A stretch of DNA of 63,143 nt, filler included, from Reticulomyxa filosa (Eukaryota > Protista > Foraminifera), in assembly GCA_000512085.1 (NCBI GenBank). It is 12 parts of 12 records of this genome, joined end to end, with 100 filler letters (N's around TTAATTAATTAA, not from the genome) between each part and the next. Parts side by side here need not be neighbours in the genome. Positions count along the whole stretch, not along the records: positions 59,467 to 61,295 come from ASPP01025211.1; positions 61,396 to 63,143 come from ASPP01023552.1; 10 more parts are not named here. One strand, given 5' to 3'. Positions 61,225-63,143 of the stretch are shown piece by piece. A program made the translations under genes and the position numbers. The notes below the pieces were generated by a model, which was not told the origin of the DNA, did no database searches, and saw nothing but the letters and a program-made list of their open reading frames with translations. Numbering within the stretch: position 1 is the stretch's first letter; each line of letters starts with the position of its first letter.

Positions 61225-62994
61225 CTTTATTATAATAATAGTAAATATTTTATATTATGTGATTTTATTAAAAATAAAAATAAAAAATAAAAAAANNNNN
61301 NNNNNNNNNNNNNNNNNNNNNNNNNNNNNNNNNNNNNNNTTAATTAATTAANNNNNNNNNNNNNNNNNNNNNNNNNNNNNNNNNNNNNNNNNNNNAAGAA
61401 GAAGAAGAAGAAGAAGAAGAAGAAGAAGAAGAAGAAGGACAATAAGATAACTGTCCAATAACAATTGGGACTGATACATGTTTGCAACGTTTCATTTGCT
61501 TGTTGTTGCTGTTGTTGTTGTGTTTTTGAAGTGGCTCCATGTTTTATTGTCACTTGGTACTGGAGCAAACAACAGCAAAAAAAACAAACTAGCAGTTTTG
61601 TTAGCAGAACTTCTCAACTTTCGCGCTTTTTCTTGTTTCGGTCTTTTTTGTTGCTTGGTGTATTCCAAACTAATCTTTTTCGATGGAGGCTAAAAATGCT
61701 GCTAAAGTAAATAATAATAAAAAAAGTTTTTGTGTATCGTGTTTATTTTGGTTCTTTCACATTGCCTTCAAGATGATGTATTTTTAAAAAATTGTTCTTT
61801 TGTGAATTGATTACTTGGCAAGTTTATTTTACTTTGCATCCAACTCTTTTTTTTTTGTAAACTATCTTTGTTCCTACTCAAAGGTAGTTTATCGATTGTG
61901 GCAGAAATCTGTGATTAAAAGATATCATTGGACAATCGTAAATAAAAACTGATTAGTAATTGAAACTTTTTGCTATTATATTCTAAATTTTGCAACAAAA
62001 ATACATTTTCTATAAAAAAACACTTAACAAAACAATAAATAATAATATATCTTCATTTAAGCTAACAATTTATGTTATAGTTTCCTCAATTTCATTCTAT
62101 TACAAATGTGTTCTATTTTTATTTGTTTTCTCGTCAGTTCAAATTGCACAATATCAGTTTTTTCAAAAAATGGCTTTGATTCGCTCAGCGATTCAACCGA
62201 TTTATCATTCTATTGCATTACTTCCTTGAATAGCAAGTATTCTTTTTTAGTTTTGCCTCTGGAATCATTCTCTCTTTCTTCCATTGGGTATCTTTTACCA
62301 TTTTTTTTTTGAAAGCAGTAAGGATATTCATTATAATATCGAACAAAGAAACAAGAGTGAAAAAAACCTGGATTAATGAAGAAAATAAAAAGTTGCTCCT
62401 CGCTTTGACAATTGGACAAGTTTTGCTTATACTCGTCACCCTATTTATTGTTTTGGTTCACTCGAAAAGATTTTACACGGATGAAGACGTATTTGAACAG
62501 CAAGTTTTGTTTTGAAAGAAGATAAAAAGAAGGACATTTGTGTTTAAATACATTAAAAAGCAAGTGCAAAACGTATAATATATGTTGTTGATAGAAATTG
62601 CGTGTGATAATGAAAGGTTTTAGATGTGATTATGAGTTCATATTTGAAATAACGGGTAGCTGCACTCACAAGCAATAGATCAATCAAAAATTGAAACAAT
62701 TGAATGCTCCGTAGATGACAATGTAGTGCAATTGATGCAGAACATTGAATTGTGATTGATTCAAGATAATAAAGGATATATTTAAACAATTTTGTCAATA
62801 TGAAAAAAAATGTTATTGTAATGACTAAGAAAACATTTTTTCAAATATAAATACAGTATATTGCAGAAAAACTGTAATATCTAAATGACATTATATGAAG
62901 AGAATCGATTTTCTGCATGAAAAATAAGATTTAAACATAACTTTTAAAACTCCACTTTGCGTTAGAAACAATCTTGCTCAATCATGAAATTTAC

Positions 62995-63115
62995 TTCTTC
63001 TGCCAAACGTTGCAGTTGATCCATCATTGCTGCGATCTGAGTTTGCAAATTGTCAATACTCGCATTGTAGTTCAATTGACTCACTTTGTTTCGAATTCCA
63101 ATGCTAATAGACTAT
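62995..63115 (-). CDS. Exon of a gene extending beyond the window
   Basis: AG|SISIGIRNKVSQLNYNASIDNLQTQIAAMMDQLQRLAEE|GTAAAT. Downstream sequence looks degenerate. Confidence 0.45.
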
Positions 63116-63143
63116 TCATATTTATAAAAAATAAAAGTATTTT

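Noticed and set aside
61396-62800. Scattered short ORFs near the window end
   Set aside because: They are fragmentary and stop-interrupted, and I could not build a consistent gene model.

Overview
AT-rich eukaryotic (protist) scaffold with intron-rich genes, broken by 11 artificial 100-bp gap spacers (N44-TTAATTAATTAA-N44). The signature WD40 family, gene content and intron style suggest the foraminiferan Reticulomyxa filosa; this is recognition, not a database result. Identifiable genes are a G-alpha C-terminal exon with the switch II Gln replaced by Arg, a coiled-coil protein, an SGNH-type membrane protein and a PH-like/CAP-Gly/VPS9 protein. One ungapped contig carries a DOCK GEF, a Rac-like GTPase and Furry/Tao3. 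Further on are a LONRF-like RING protein, SBDS, PDCD5, BolA, RPS18, a WD40 gene and pseudogene, a very large DH-PH-C2-...-EF-hand protein, an F-box/SAP/XPA-like protein and an M1 aminopeptidase pseudogene. Two patterns stand out. (1) Many introns are U-rich at the 5' end and A-rich before the AG, have complementary arms, use weak donors and bypass textbook polypyrimidine-YAG acceptors, suggesting structure-guided splicing. (2) Single-base frame breaks recur in otherwise intact genes; they are most simply assembly errors, but recoding can be tested. No rRNA, tRNA, CRISPR array or intact mobile element was found.
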